A DNA stretch of 64,000 bases from the human T2T-CHM13v2.0 reference genome, Homo sapiens. Position 1 is the stretch's first letter. Each line of letters opens with the position of its first letter. Below the pieces are notes generated by a model. It made no database searches and had not been told where the DNA came from. It was given only the letters and a program-made list of their open reading frames with translations. Positions 31,136-51,365 of the stretch are shown here, piece by piece. The translations under genes were made by a program, and so were the position numbers. Location: assembly GCF_009914755.1 (NCBI RefSeq), contig NC_060925.1. The stretch is one strand, 5' to 3'.

Positions 31136-33126
31136 TCCTTCAGGAGCTCTTATAATGCAGGCATGGTGGTGACAAAAATCTCTCAGCATTTGCTTGTCTA
31201 TAAAGGATTTTATTTCTCCTTCACTTATGAAGCTTAGTTTGGCTGGATACGAAATTCTGGGTTGAAAATTATTTTCTTTAAGAATGTTGAATATTGGCCC
31301 CCACTCTCTTCTGGCTTGTAGGGTTTCTGCAGAGAGATCCACTGTTAGTCTGATGGGCTTCCCTTTGTGGGTAACCCGACCTTTCTCTCTTGCTGCCCTT
31401 AACATTTTTTCCTTCGTTTCAACCTTAGTGAATCTGACAATTATGTGTCTTAGGGAGTATCTTTGTGGTGTTCTCTGTATTTCCTGAATTTGAATGTTGG
31501 CCTGCCTTGCTAGGTTGGGGAGGTTCACCTGGATAATACCCTGAAGAGCATTTTCTTACTTGGTTCCATTCTCCCCATCACTTTCAGGTACACCAATCAA
31601 ACATAGATTTGGACTTTTCACATAGTCCCATATTTCTTGGAAGCTTTGTTCGTTTCTTGTCACTCTTTTTTCTCCAATCTTGTCTTCTCACTTTATTTCA
31701 TTAATTTGATTAATTTGATCTTCAATCACTTCTGCTTGATCGAATCAGCTATTGAAGCTTGTGTATGCTTCACAAAGTTCTTGTGCTGTGGTTTTCAGCT
31801 CCATCAGGTCATTTAAGCTCTTCTCTACACTGGTTATTCTAGTTAGCCATTCGTCTAACCTTTTTTCAAGGTTTTTAGCTTTCTTGCAATGGGTTAGAAC
31901 ATACTCCTTTAGCTCAGAGAAGTTTGTTTTACCAACCTTCCGAAGCCTACTTCTGTCAACTCATCAAACTCATTCTCCATCTAGTTTTGTTCCCTTGCTG
32001 GTGAGGAGTTGTGTTCCTTTGGAGGAGAAGAGACATTCTGGTTTTTGGAGTTTTCAGCCTTTCTGCTCTGGTTTCTCCCCATCTTTGTGGTTTTATCTAC
32101 CTTTGGTCTTTGATGCTGGTGACCTACAGATGGAGTTTTGGTGTGGATGTCCTTTTTGTTGATGTTGATGCTATTCCTTTCTGTTTGTTAGTTTTCCTTC
32201 TAACAGACAAGCCCCTCAGCTGCAGGTCTGTTGGAGTTTGCTGGAGGTCCACTCCAGACCCTGTTTGCCTGGGAATCACTAGCAGAGGTTTTAGAACAGA
32301 AAATATTGTTGCCTGACCCTTCTTCTGGAAGCTTTGTCCCAGAGGGGCACCTGCCTGTATGAGGTGTCTGTCAGCTCCTACTGGGAGGTGTCACCCAGTC
32401 AAGTTACACGGGGGTCAGGGACCCACTTGAGGAGGCAGTCTGTCCGTTATCAGAGCTCAAATGCCATGCTGGGAGAACCACTGCTCTCTTCAGAGCAGTC
32501 AGGCAGGGACATTTAAGTCTGGAGAAGCTGTCTGCTGCCTTTTGTTCAAATATGCCCTGCCCCAAGACATGGAATCTATAGAGGCAGTAGGCCTTGCTGA
32601 GCTGCAGTGGGATCCACCCAGTTTGAGCTTCCCTGCTGCTTTGTTTACACTGTGAGCATAGAACCGCCTACTCAAGCCTCAGCAACGGCAGATGCCCCTT
32701 CCCCCACCAAGCTCCCGCATCCTAAGTCGATCTCAGACTGCTGCATTAGCAGTGAGCAAGGCTCTGTGGGTGTGGGACCCACCAAGCCAGGCACAGGAGG
32801 ATATCTCCTGGTCTACCAGTTGTGAAGACAGTGGGAAAAGTGCAGTATTTGGGCAAGAGTGTACTGCTTCTCCAGGTACAGTCACTTATGGCTTCCCTTG
32901 GCTAGGAAAGGGAAATCCCCCAATGCCTTGCCCTTCCCAGGTGAGATAATGCCCTGCCCTGCTTCGGCTCACCCTCCGTGGGCTGCACCCACTGTCCAAC
33001 CAGTCCCAGTGAGATGAACCAGGTACCTCAGTTGGAAATGCAGAAATCACCTCTCTTCTGCATCGATCTTGCTGGGAGCTGTAGACCAGAGCTGTTCTTA
33101 TTTGGCCATCTTGGAAGCGACCCCCC

Positions 33127-33452
<326 letters not shown>

Positions 33453-33713
33453 TAGATATCAATATTTCTCAGAGAACAAACTCACCCAAAGCTGGTTAAT
33501 CCTTTGGAATTTCCCACTGTCCACAACAGGTTACCACAAACACTGGAAGGATAGACTGATGCAAATCTATGTATTCTATTAAAATATTTTAACCCAAAGT
33601 TCCCTGTGGAGGAATATAATTTGATGCATTGTTATTCTTCCCAGAGACATTTACTTAGCTCCTTTCTAAATAAAATTTACATTCACTCCCTAGAATCTCA
33701 CTTTGTCTTACAG

Positions 33714-34062
33714 ATTTCTCACCCATCAGGTTACTGTTAGTGATGATCTGCCCAACCACATAATTTCTAGAAGAGTGCCGGTAAAACTGAATGTGAAGGA
33801 GTTCACCTGGACATAGACCATCTTTGCGGATGGCACTGAAGAGAACATTAATGTTATTATCTTCACCACAGACTACACCTTGTCTTTTCTTTTCTTGGAG
33901 GATGGCTCAGCAATCCTGGACAGCCAGTGCTCCATGCTGAATTTTGTGTTCCCTCCTAGCTGGAGAAGGCAACACTTGTTTTCACTGGCTTCCTGCAGCC
34001 AGGAGGAGGCACTATTCCCATTTTAAAACTTCAGAACCAATGGGCTGTACCTGTATTTAAAA
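33714..34062 (+). pseudogene. FMO pseudo-exon 7
   Basis: FLTHQVTVSDDLPNHIISRRVPVKLNVKEFTWT*TIFADGTEENINVIIFTTDYTLSFLFLED...FVFPP/(frameshift)LEKATLVFTGFLQP...QWAVPVFK. Intact cag and gtatgt splice sites. Confidence 0.95.
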
Positions 34063-34449
34063 GTATGTCTTGCCCTACTCAATATCATAGCAGAGTGGAC
34101 TTCTGACCACATGGTATAATTTGAGAGGCACCCAGATAAACCAGAATGCAATATATATTCCTGTCAGTCCAGATTCAATATCTGAAATGCAACAAACCCC
34201 ATTTTTCTTGGGTTTTAAAGACTTATCAGTCTTCACTAGCCCCTCAGTAAAATACAATCCCTCTATAAGAGCTTATATGTTAAATCATTTTCAGATTGGT
34301 GGAGCTTATTATCCGATACTTTCCAGATATAGCCACTGGTAAAAGTTAAACACTGTGGGAATAGACACAAGGTAAGTCTGTAAGTAGTGAAGGGAGACTT
34401 CCACCACAAAGAAAGTTGAGGGACTAATGGAATAATTGAAAATATCTTT

Positions 34450-36170
34450 TTAAAATTTTTATTTTAAGTTTGGGGGTACATGTAAACATGTAAAGTTTTG
34501 TTAGATAGATAAACACCTATCACAGGGGTTTGTTGTACATATCTTTACCTCACCCAGGTATTAAGTCCTGTACCAAATAGTTATCTTTTCTGCTCCTCTC
34601 CCTCCTCCCACCCTCCCCGCTCAAGTAGACCCCAGTATCTACTGTTCCCTTCTTTGTGTTCATACGTTCTTATCATTTAGCTCCCACTTGTAAGTGAGAA
34701 TATGTGGTATTTGGTTTTCTATTCCTGTGTTAGTTTGCTAAGGATGATAGCCTCCAGCTCCATTCATGTTCCCTCAAAAGACATGATCTTGTTCTTTTTT
34801 ATGGCTGCATAATATTCCACAGTGTATAGGTACCACATTTTCTTTATCCAATCTGCCATTGATGGGCATTTAGGTTGATTACATGTCTTTACTGTTGTGA
34901 ACAGTGCTGCAATGAACATACACATACATGTGTCTTTATGGTAGAATGCTTTATATTCCTCTGGGTATATACCTAGTAATGGGATTGCTGGGTTAAATGG
35001 TAGTTCTGCTTTTAGCTCTTTGAGGAATCACTGTACTACTTTCCACACTGGTTGAACTAATTTACACTCCCATCAACAGTGTATAAGCTTTTCCCTTTCT
35101 CCACCATCTTGCCAGCATCTATTGTTTTTTGACTTTTTATTAATAGCCATTCTGAGTGGTGTCAAATGGTATCTCATTGTGGTTTTGACTTGCATTTCTC
35201 TAATGAGCAGTGATATTGAGCTTTTTTTCATATGCTTGTTGGCTGCATATGTCTTCTTTTGAGAAGTGTCTGTTCATACCCTTTGCCCACTTTTTAATGG
35301 GATTGTTTGTTTTTCTCTTGTAAATTTGTTTAAGTTCTTGTAAATGTGTTTAAGTTCCTTATAGAGGCTGGATATTAGACTTTCTCAGATGCATAGTTTG
35401 CAATTATTTTCTCCCATACTGTAGGTTGTCTGTTTACTCTGTTGATAGTTTATTTTGCTGTACAGAAGCTCTTATGTTTAATTAGATCTGATTTGTCAAT
35501 TTTTGCTTTTGTTGCAATTGCTTTTGGAGTCTTTGTGATGAAATCTTTGCCTGTTCCTATGTCCAGGATGGTATTGCCTAGGTTGTCTTCCAGTGTTTTT
35601 ATAGTTTTGGGTTTTACATTTGAGTCTTTAATTCATCTTGAGTTGATTTTTGTACATGGTGTAAGGAAGGGGTCCAGATTCATTCTTCTGTATATGGCTA
35701 GCCAGTTATCACAGCACCATTTATTAAATAGGAAGTCTTTTCCCCATTGCTTGTTTTTGTCAGCTTTGTCAAAGATCAGATGGTTGTAGGTGCCTTAATT
35801 CTGGGCTCTCTATTCTGTTCCGTTGGTCTATATGCCTGTTTTTGTACCAGTACCATGCTGTTATGGTCACTGGAGCCTTGTAACATAGTTTGAAGTTGGG
35901 TAACATGATTCCTCCAGGTTTGTTCTTTCTGCTTAGGATTGCCTTGGTTATTCGGGCTCTTTTTTGGTTCCATCATTGGTAGTTTGATAAGAATAGCATT
36001 GAATCTGTAAATTTCTCTGGGCAGTACAGCCATTTTCATTATGCTGATTCTTCCTATCCATGAGCATGGGATGTTTTTCCATTTGTTTGTGTCTTCTCTG
36101 ATTTATTTGTGCAATGTTTTGTAATTTTCATTGTGGAGATCTTTCACCTCCCTGGTTAGCTGTATTTCTC
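34450..36170 (-). mobile_element. 5'-truncated L1 (L1PA15/16-like) 3' portion
   Basis: 3'UTR and ORF2 C-terminus in reverse; degenerate TSD ataattRaaaat..cttt. Confidence 0.9.
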
Positions 36171-36189
36171 ATAATTAAAAATTCTTTCA

Positions 36190-36490
36190 GCCCAGGTACA
36201 GTGGCTTGCACCTATTATCTGAGAGCTTTGTGAGGCCAAAGTAGGAGGATTGCTTGAACCAAGGAGTTCCAGAACAGCCTGGGCAGCATAGCAACATCCC
36301 ATCTCTACAAAATTTTGAAAATTAGCTAGATGTGGTGCTATGCACCTGTGATCTCTGCTACTTCTAAGGCTGGTGGAGTGTATTGCTTGGGCCCAAGAAT
36401 TTGAGGTTACAATGAGCTATGATTGTGCCACTGCACTCCAGCCTGGGCAACAGTAAGACCCTCATCTCTAAAATAATAATAATTATTATT
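36190..36490 (+). mobile_element. AluJ with (AAT)n tail
   Basis: Diverged Alu dimer. Confidence 0.85.
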
Positions 36491-37142
36491 ATTCTAGTAA
36501 ACAGTTTGGACAAAAGTAAAAATTCTCATCTCTCAACCCTTTTCTCAATCCCACATTCAAATACAATCCCATTGAAATTAAAATCTGATCATATGAAAGG
36601 GTCGAAATGAAGTTATACAAAGTTGACTGTTATTTCTTAGACCTAGAATAATTCTAGAAAAAATTCCCATATTATTCTTCCAATTCTATATAATTACAAC
36701 TTATAACTACAGACATGCTTGGCTAACTGGTCAAGCATAAATTCACACAAGTATGTATTATGTAGGTGTTTTTAGAATGAGTTCTTGAGCTGTGATTTTT
36801 TTATCCTGTATTAGGAATGACAGTAGAAAAGTTGTAGAGTAAGAGGTATGTTGGAAGATGACAAAAAATAACTGGGTGACAGGTCAGATAAACTTTTTTG
36901 GAGATAACAGAACCATCTGAAAAAAATGTCAAACTATAATGAATTAAATGCCTGCTGTATACATAGCATTATATATACACTATAATTAAGTATTTATTTA
37001 AAAGAGTCAAATTTTAATATGGGAACTTGCCATGAAAAGAAACACACAGTGCATATTTTTGAAAAGTAAGGAATCCATTTGTAAAATGAACACTTTCCAT
37101 AAGAGGAAAATGATGATGATATCTATTATTTTCCATAAGAGG

Positions 37143-38975
<1,833 letters not shown>

Positions 38976-39094
38976 TAAATAGGAAAGTTTCCACACACAG
39001 ATGTTACCTGTAATGCACGTCAGTTTCTTCCTAAACTTATTTTGTGATTTGACTCTTTAAGAATCATCTCCAAATTCTAGATTTTCTTTCCCAG

Positions 39095-39167
39095 AACTGA
39101 ACAAATTACTGTCAGTGCATGACATACAAGCTGACATCAAACAGAACAGGATCAACTGGAGAAAACA
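39095..39167 (+). pseudogene. FMO pseudo-exon 8
   Basis: 73 nt, LNKLLSVHDIQADIKQ..., bounded by tttcccag and gtaaga. Confidence 0.85.
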
Positions 39168-40245
39168 GTAAGAAATTTAACCACAATGAAACCAGATCAA
39201 TTTCTTCAAGTGATAATACTACATGCCCTTATATTTTGTCATTGAAAAATCAGAGCATAACCAAGATTTCAAAAGAGAGTGGCTGTTTACACTTAATGTC
39301 ATCCATAATTACAGCCATTTATAGATTGCCAGTGGCAATACATAGATGAGAGATGCCTATAACCTCAGTTCTCCAGTGACTGTGTAAAGAAGCAAAACAA
39401 AAAGGGTGACAAAATGTGTGCTTGGTGCTTGCCTGGTTACCAACAAGTTCTAGTCTTATAAATGAGGTGCCTTAGGAAACCAATGAAGTAATAAAGGATC
39501 AATGTATTCCTTTGAAGGGCCAAACTCAAGCAAAATAATATAAATAATTAGTAAAAAAAATTATTCATAAAAATTTAAGTGAGTTGAGAAACTTCCAGGT
39601 AGATTAATCTTAGTGGAAAATTTTTCTCAAAGATCAAAATTAAGAACAAGTGTAGAACTGAGATTCTTCACACATATCAAATTATCTCTACTCTGAAAAC
39701 CCAAATTCTAGGAACATATGATAACTCTGATTGAAGGGAAAAAAATTATATATTTCAAAGGCATTTTGAAACAAGCTAATTATACTCTTGTGCTGAGCTA
39801 TGTACAATATAGAAGTCGGATTTCTATCACAAAAGCTGTATTTTTCTTAATTCATGTATTAACACTTAATGACCAAAGTGGCTTAATATCATACGTTAAC
39901 AACCAGCTTTGGGAAAAAAAATTAAATGACCAAAAATATATACACTAGAAAAGGAGAATACTCATTAAAAAGCCAAAACTTCACACAACACACCTATGAC
40001 TATCTAACAATTTCAGCAATTACTGAAGAATAGAAGGTGTGCTTGTAAACCAATACATGAGACTAAACACGAAGCTATTTGTGGCATATAAAAGGCCACA
40101 AATAGGCATGAAAAGCAGACTTAATTCAGGTAAGCTTTTCCATCTACCACATTCCATGTGGTGTAAGGAAGGGAAATAGTACCTGAAGATGAGGATAGTG
40201 AACAGAATCTGGCATGAGGTTTGCAATTGTTTCTTCTGATTCTAG

Positions 40246-40599
40246 ATTCTTGAGAAGGCCATGAGTTGCTCATAGAGTGCCATATGTGAAGTACATGGAT
40301 GAAATTGCCTCTGCAATAGGAGTGAAGCCCAACCTGTTCTCTCTTTTCTTTTCAGATCCCAAGCTGGACAAAGAGGTTGTCTTTGGTTCATGCTCCCCAT
40401 ATCAGTACTGTTTGCAGGGACCAGGAAAATGGGATGGAGCCAGGAAAGCCATCCTGAAGTAGGGCAGTGGATTGTCAAACCCACGAGAATTTACATCTTC
40501 AGTAGTGGCCAAGCCCCTTCCTCTATGTCATTTTGGCTTAAAAGTGTCTGTGCTGCTCTTCTTCTCTTTGTTTTTTTCCTTATTACTTTTATAGGATAA
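40246..40599 (+). pseudogene. FMO pseudo-exon 9 (to ancestral stop)
   Basis: [70 protein letters not shown], then frameshift to WIVKPTR...CAALLLFVFFLITFIG* (membrane anchor). Confidence 0.95.
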
Positions 40600-40762
40600 T
40601 TCTCGACAATATAGGCCAAAAGTGGTATAGATTGGTTAAAGAACGAAAGTAGGCAACCACTAGATTAAACTAATGTGGCTGCAGCAATGAAATAACATGC
40701 AATTTAGACATTTCTTATATTAATCAACTCACAATTCACAAGATTCTTCAAGCTACATTGAT

Positions 40763-40889
40763 ATTTTTTTAAGAGATGGGGTCTCACCAGTTGCCCAGGC
40801 CAGTCTTGAACTCCTGGGCTCAAGCAATCCTCCCCACTCAGCCTCACAAAGTGCTAGGATTACAGGCATGGGCCACCACACACCCAGCC
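40763..40889 (-). mobile_element. Alu monomer (FLAM-like)
   Basis: Single arm; TSD ctacattgat. Confidence 0.85.
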
Positions 40890-41358
40890 TACATTGATGT
40901 ATTATTGAAGAATATTCCCAAACACTTTTTGGGAAGTAGTTTTGTTTTGGGTTTTTTGTTGTTGTTGTTTGGTTGATTTTTTGTTTTTTTGGTTTTTGGG
41001 TTTTTTTAAGTGTTCATCATGCCATTCTCCAGGGTACATTTAAGAAGAGTTTTGTTAGGCTTAGGAATGGATTCTTTTAATATTATGTTTGTTGGTTTGT
41101 TGTTTTTAATGTGGGGATGGGGAACAATACGTAGAAATGGATTCAGGATTTATTCAGGAAGGGAAGTGATAAGGGTAATCTTTCAAGGGACATCCCAAAT
41201 GAAAGTCAGAATGTGTTGACATTGTTTATGAGGTACAGGAACTCTCAGTGATGATGATACAACCTCAGCCTGCCTTCTGTTACTGAATTTTCTAAGGAGT
41301 ACTGGCCTCCTTATCTCATGTAGATTTGGCTCTATGAAGAAGTGGAAAGTCCTAATTT

Positions 41359-41733
<375 letters not shown>

Positions 41734-43066
41734 TAGCCTAAACTGAACCTCTTGAAGCTGTAAGTATTCCCAAGAGCTGATCACAAACTGAAAGACCTCT
41801 TTTTACCTTCTCGTTACTGTCTCACACAAAATTAAGGTCAAAAAAGCATATTTCTAAAAGTCTCAGCCATTCATTCAATGAATATATTCAAGTACCTACT
41901 ATGTGCTAGACACTGGAATCATAGAAGAAAACAAGACAAAACTAGTCCATGTCTCTACAGTTTAAATCTAGCCTCTAGGGATTCCCCACTGTGCAAGTGA
42001 CAATTTTTCTAGTATTGACAAGATTTTACATCCAATCCACATCCTAATGAGAATTGTGATTTGAATCCATCATCTTTGTGAACACAAAGGCAATTAAAGA
42101 ACGGGTCCTACTTTTGGGAATTCAGTCAGTGCACTCTGGTGAGTGGGTGAGAAAAAGCTGGGAGGGGAGGCTGAAGTCCAGGCTTGAAGAGAATGGTTCA
42201 AAAGTTAGAGTGTGTTGAGGGCAAGAGCGCATCACTGAAGCTTTGGGGCAGGGAGATGACATAATCAGAAGTATTTTGATAAAATAACTTTCAGCAGAAA
42301 GAAGAATGAACTGACACAGGGAGAAACAAGCTAAAGGTTCTGCAGGGTTCCTACACTGAGCCAACTTTGAGAACTTGGGGCTTGTTAGTTTTGTTCTTAC
42401 TCATACCTAACATTTGCTTTTTCTCTTTTTTCTTCCTCTACTTCTTGCCCTCGTTTGCCTGCTTCTATCAAATTTCCCTACTTAACAACTCTGCCTGTTT
42501 TCCCTTCCTTATGATTTATACAGTAATTACTATATATAACTTTTAATATATTTGATATATTTTCTATCTGGCCCCGAAATTAATACTCCGTACAGTTTCC
42601 CAACAATAACAAAATAACCTAAAAGTCTATGTTAGAATAACTGCATCTTAGGGACCTAGATACTTGGAATATTTTCCTGTTTATAATCAATATATAATTT
42701 TATCATATACATTTAATATTTCTTCATTTCTATAAAAAGACATTCAAAATTCTAAAAATAATCAGTATCACTCTAATTCCTCTCTTAAGCAAATTCAATA
42801 AAGATTACCAAATGTTCTTGTGATACAAATTGCAACAATCATCCCAAGGATTTGCTTTTCATTCAGAAAATGTCCAGTGAATTTCCTGAGTTTCAGACAC
42901 GGTCTTCTCTATCTCTGTTGTGTATCAGCAACTCCATTTCCCAATGTTAACTGAGAGCAGTCACCCCAGCCAATACAGTAATCCTCTTCTCCGCTTGTTG
43001 GTTTAGTGGCATAAGAACCCCAAATTGTTTGATGTTGGATGTTCAATTGTTATGGGACCATTGCTG

Positions 43067-43465
43067 TATCCTTCTAACTATCTATACTGTGTAACAAATC
43101 ACCCCCAAAACTTAGTAGCTTAAACCACCATGGTTTATTATTTCTTACAAGTCTATAGGATAGGAATTCAGGCAGGCCTCAGCTGAAGCATTCTTTCTTC
43201 ATATGGCAACAGTTGGGATAACTCAGCTGCATTCACCTGGTGGCTAGCTGGGCTGGAATATCCAAGAAGGTTTTACTCACATGTCTGATTCCTTGGTGTT
43301 TCTCCACATAATTTATCTCACTCTCTTTCTCCACATAGTTTCTCATTATTCAATAGTCCAATCTTCCTTATAATATGCTATCTTCCTCCAAAGAAAAAAA
43401 CTGATACTGCCAGTTGTCTGGGTTTGAAAGTCCCAGAACATCACTTCTGCCACATTCTATTGCCT
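43067..43465 (-). mobile_element. Old MaLR LTR (MLT1-like)
   Basis: ctgtgtaacaaatcaccccc aaaacttagtagcttaaa...ggaattcaggcagg. Confidence 0.65.
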
Positions 43466-43469
43466 GCCC

Positions 43470-46165
43470 TCCACTCCCACCCCCAGTGTGGATGACCTTC
43501 ATCCAATCCACTGAAGGACCAAATAGAACAAAAAAGTGTAGTAAGGGAGAATTTACTCTCATCTCTCTGGTTGTCTTTGAGCTGGGACATTGGTGTTCTC
43601 CTGTCATCAGACTCAGACCAAAACTTAGAAACACCACTGGCACTCCTGGTGCTCTGGCCTTCAAACTCAAACTAGAACTATACCATAGGTTCTTCTGGGT
43701 CTCCAGTTTACTAGCTACAGATTGTGGGACTTCTCAGTCTCCATAACTTCATGAGCCAATTACTTATAATCTCTCTCTCTCTCTCTTCCTCCCTCCATCT
43801 ATATATCTAATGATTGGACCCACGTACTCCAGGCCCATGAAAGAAACAACTTTATATATCAATAAATATATAGATATGTAGATATTTCCTTTAGTTCTAT
43901 TTCTCTGGAGAACTCAAACCAGTATAGATTTTGGTACTAAGAATGATTCCAGAGGAAGAAATTTAAGAATGTTTTTTCTGAGAATATGTTTTCTGAATTG
44001 GTTCTAGAGTTTCTGGAATTGGCGCTGTAATTCAATTAGATTTTAAAATGCTAATGGGTCCATCTTACCCTGTCCCTTCCCATCAGCCATGAGTTCCACG
44101 CAGTTCAACAAGGGGCCTTCTTACCAGCTTTTTGCCGAGATCAAGAACCAGCTCCTGTTCAAATGCGACCCTCAGAAGCAGGCGGCGCTCTGCAGCTGGA
44201 TCGAGGGACTCACCCGCCTCTCTTTCAGCCCCGACTTCCAGAAGAGTCTGAAGGAAGGGATTGTCTTATGCACACTCATGAACAAGCTGGGCTCAGTCCC
44301 CAAGATCAACGGCTCATGCAGAACTGGCACCAGCTAGAAAATCTCTCCAACTTCATCAAGGCCATGGTTGGATACGACATGAACCCCATGGACCTGTTCG
44401 AGGCCAACGACCTGTTTGAGAGTAGGAACATGACGCAGGTGCAGCTGTCTCTTCTAGCCCTGGCAGGGAAGGTCAAGACAAAGCTGCTGCAGAATGGGGT
44501 GGACGTCGGGGTCAAATACTCGGAGAAGCAGGAGCGGAACTTCGACGACGCCACCTTGAAGGCCAGCCAGTGCCTCACTGAGCTGCAGATGGGCACCAAC
44601 ATATGTGCCTGCCAGTCGGGCGCGACAACTTAGGGCACGATGAGGCATCTCTACCACCCCAAGAACCGTATCCTGCCCTCTGGACCACTCGACCATCAGC
44701 CTCCAGATGGGTGCAAACAAACGCTCCAGCCAGGGGGCATGACGGCTCCCGGGACCCCGCAGCACATCTACAACACCAAACTGGGAGCCCACAAGTGTGA
44801 CAACTCCTCCATGTCCCTGCATATGGGTGACACGCAGAGTGCCAACCACAGCGTCCAGGGCTTTGGCCTGGGCCAGCAGATATACTATCCCAAGTACTGC
44901 CCTCAAGGCCTGCAGCCAGTGGGGCTCCCTTGGACGCCGGCAACTGCCCAGGACCAGGGGAGGCCCCCGAGGATCCCCCCTGCTCCCAGGAGGAGGCCAC
45001 TACTGAGGCCCCCGAACATGCTGGCTCCCTACATCATCGCCCTGTCTGGGTTTGGGGGATTTTCCTGTATTTTCGTCTTTCTTTTTTTTTTTTAACCTGT
45101 TCAGTGCTGCCAACCGAGGGTCTGTGAGTAGCTGCGTGGGGTCAAGCAGCAGGGTTATTTTTGTTTGTTTGTTTTAATTTTTTTTTCCCTCCTGCCTTAA
45201 TTCCTTCACAGGACTGAGACACCGGGCTTGGGAGGAAGGGGTCAAGGCTGTATCTGGATGAATGTGAAGTGGGGGTCGTTGCCAGGGCACATTCAGGCTG
45301 TGGGCTGAGCGGTGCAGGGGAGAAGAGGTCTGGGCAGCGAGGGGAGCCGGCAGCAGGAGGTTTCCGGTTGCTTCTCCTTTTCCCTTTTGTCCACCTATCA
45401 GTTTGTGGTTTCTGTACCTACAGAAGTTTCAGAAGTATTAACAAAAGAAAAATATTTCTTTTTTCCTAGGGAATGGGGCGGGGACAGTGGAGAGGGTGCT
45501 GGGAAATGGGTGCCCTGGGAGAAGGCCAAGGCCAGGATGCTAAAATATCTTAGGCTCATGAGTGACTGGATTTCCCTAGGACCCTCAGACCTGCACAGGG
45601 GCCGGGTGGGGAAACAGGCTTATGCAAGACAATGGGGTAGTGAGTCAATTGGGGCTAAGCCTGACCCCTCCCCATGCTCACCAACCCCCCCATTTGTGTC
45701 CCTCATCAGATTTTAAGGAGCCCCCAGCCCTCCTTCTCCCCTTCTGGGACTAACCAACTGCAAGGCTCCGTCTCCCCCCACCACAAGCCCTGCCAAGTAC
45801 TGCTCAGGGGCCCCAGCCAAGAGCCCTGCACCCTTAAATAATGTGAAATACCAACTGTGGACCAAATGCAATAGAAACCTCTGTTTTTAGGAAGAAATAA
45901 GAATAGTAACTATTATTAATAAATAAATAAAAACAAAAATGCCAATGACTCTATTTCTAGGAGTAAAGAGAACACTGATAATCCATGGTATGATCTAGCA
46001 ATAGAAATTTGCAAAATATCTCCATCGGATACTCCTAATCGACCACTTACAAAAAGCAAGGAGTTAGGTGACTGTGTATGTAAAACTTTCAAACATGTTT
46101 GCAAAACTAATAAATATATGAAGTTGGTTGGTTGCTCCTAATGTCTGTGGACAAAGTGGTCACAA
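43470..46165 (+). mobile_element. ERV-L remnant: MLT2 LTR (~43470-43927) plus internal sequence (43928-44056 and 45948-46165), split by the CNN2 retrocopy
   Basis: MLT2 motifs (atccaatccactgaagg, tgtgggacttctcagtctccataa), then gattttggtac and ERV-L-like leader continuing across the insertion. Confidence 0.8.
44057..45935 (+). pseudogene. CNN2P10: Processed calponin-2 (CNN2) pseudogene with UTRs and decayed poly(A); CDS remnant 44089-45006
   Basis: Intronless [12 protein letters not shown]...[17 protein letters not shown]...LQMGTN...QEEA. Frameshift near 44315; premature TAG at 44631. A-rich tail ~45890-45935; TSD aaaatgcYaatg at 44045-44056 and 45936-45947. CNN2 origin is clear; the pseudogene number is from recall. 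Confidence 0.85.
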
Positions 46166-47281
46166 AAAAAGAGACACTCAGGAATTGTAATTCCTCAAGT
46201 ACCTCGTAAATGACCTGAAATCTCCTATGTGTTTCCTGAAGAAAACTTTTATCTCCTGTAACCATAGGACTGAGATTGCTAATAATAAAAATGACAATTC
46301 AGAATTCCTTTTAGTTACACAATTTTCGGAGGTTCCTGCATGCTGTCTCTGCATTCTAGGACAAACCTAAATCTTCTAGAGAAGCATCTGAAGACATGGA
46401 CTCTTCTATAAAGAAGCTGAGGGGGAGGAAGTGATTGGTTTTCATCAGGAAGTTATAGGAATAAGACTCCCTCACCATGATTATTATTTAATCAAAAGTT
46501 TGCTATCCATCACTCTATGAGCTAACCACTCAGAACTTGTGGGCCCTTTTATACACACAATGGTGACTACCAAGCTCCTCCACCCCAATGTTGTGAGCTC
46601 AAAAAAGGTCCTACCTGGACTTAATTGTGCCTAAAGGAACCAACCCTTTGTTTGGTTTTCATTTAGGAATGTGGTTTTTCTATCTCTGCCAATGAATCTG
46701 TTTCAAAATTCAATTTTTATATACATAAGACTATTGTGAATACCAAGTGATTGTCCTGTAGAAGAGCCCTCAGATGCCAGGAAATTGTAATATCTCTTCA
46801 TTATCTTAAAAACAATGAGACAGATATGTCGAGTTGTCTGACCTCAGGCACCACACTGACACATAGCTGTGTGTAGGGTTAAGCCCAGGAACTCCCTGCT
46901 TTAGATTCTGTTCTTACAATAACAGAAAATTACCATGTCAGCTTCCACTCAGGAGTGAAAGCCAATCAGTTGGTCCATATAAGTAAATGGCAAGTCAAGT
47001 CAATGAACAACTTATATTTGGACACCACGTCTCCCCAATATAGAGAGCTCTTTCTGTAGGCACTGTGAAAATTAAAGGAGGGGGAGAAGATCCAAGAGCT
47101 GGATTTCTCAAAGGAAAAGATGGAACAAATAATTGAAAATTTAAAAATGAGTAGATGTTTGTTGTGATTAGTAGTTATTATTGCATACTAAATCATCCCA
47201 AAATTTAGTGACTTAAAACAGTAACAATAATTGTATTCTCTCATGATTTTTGTGGGAAGCTCTGGCTCAAGTGTTTCATGA

Positions 47282-50766
<3,485 letters not shown>

Positions 50767-51365
50767 CTAGGTGCTACTCACTTTAATAACTCTACAACTT
50801 CAACTTCAGAGTTTTACACTTCAAATGGGAATAGTTTGACAAATTCAAGCTGATTGCAATACCCTACAGGATGAATATCTATAATGAAAAATTGTTTAAT
50901 TCCTTCTCAATTTCCCTCACTGCAAAAATTATGATCAGTAAAAGCATTTTTGTTAATGATCTCAGATTCCTACTAGATAAGAATTGAGGCTCATTTTTAT
51001 ATAAGACACATTCCATCTTAGAATTTTCTTCCTTTTTATAATCATCTAAATCCAAGTTTCTGCCTTTGGGAATTTGGTAATGGCGTTCTGTGTCTATTTG
51101 GCATTTTCTCTTTAAATTTAGAAGATTACTTATTTCCTTTCTAGCCTTGATTTGTTTTGTTGTGTAGTGATTTGCTATTAATATTTAAACCTATTCTTAA
51201 GAGGTTATCCCTAATGAGTAGCACTTTTCACAAAACAAATTACCTCTTGGCTATTTATTGCATGTAGAAAAGGTACAAATTATATAAATTATCTGGAATG
51301 ATATTTTAAAACTAAAACTTTAGCCATCTAGTAAATGGCAACACTTCTCCCCTTATTTTAAATAT

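Noticed and set aside
44454-45095. Overlapping 141-151 aa ORFs on both strands
   Set aside because: Alternative and antisense frames of the GC-rich CNN2 retrocopy.
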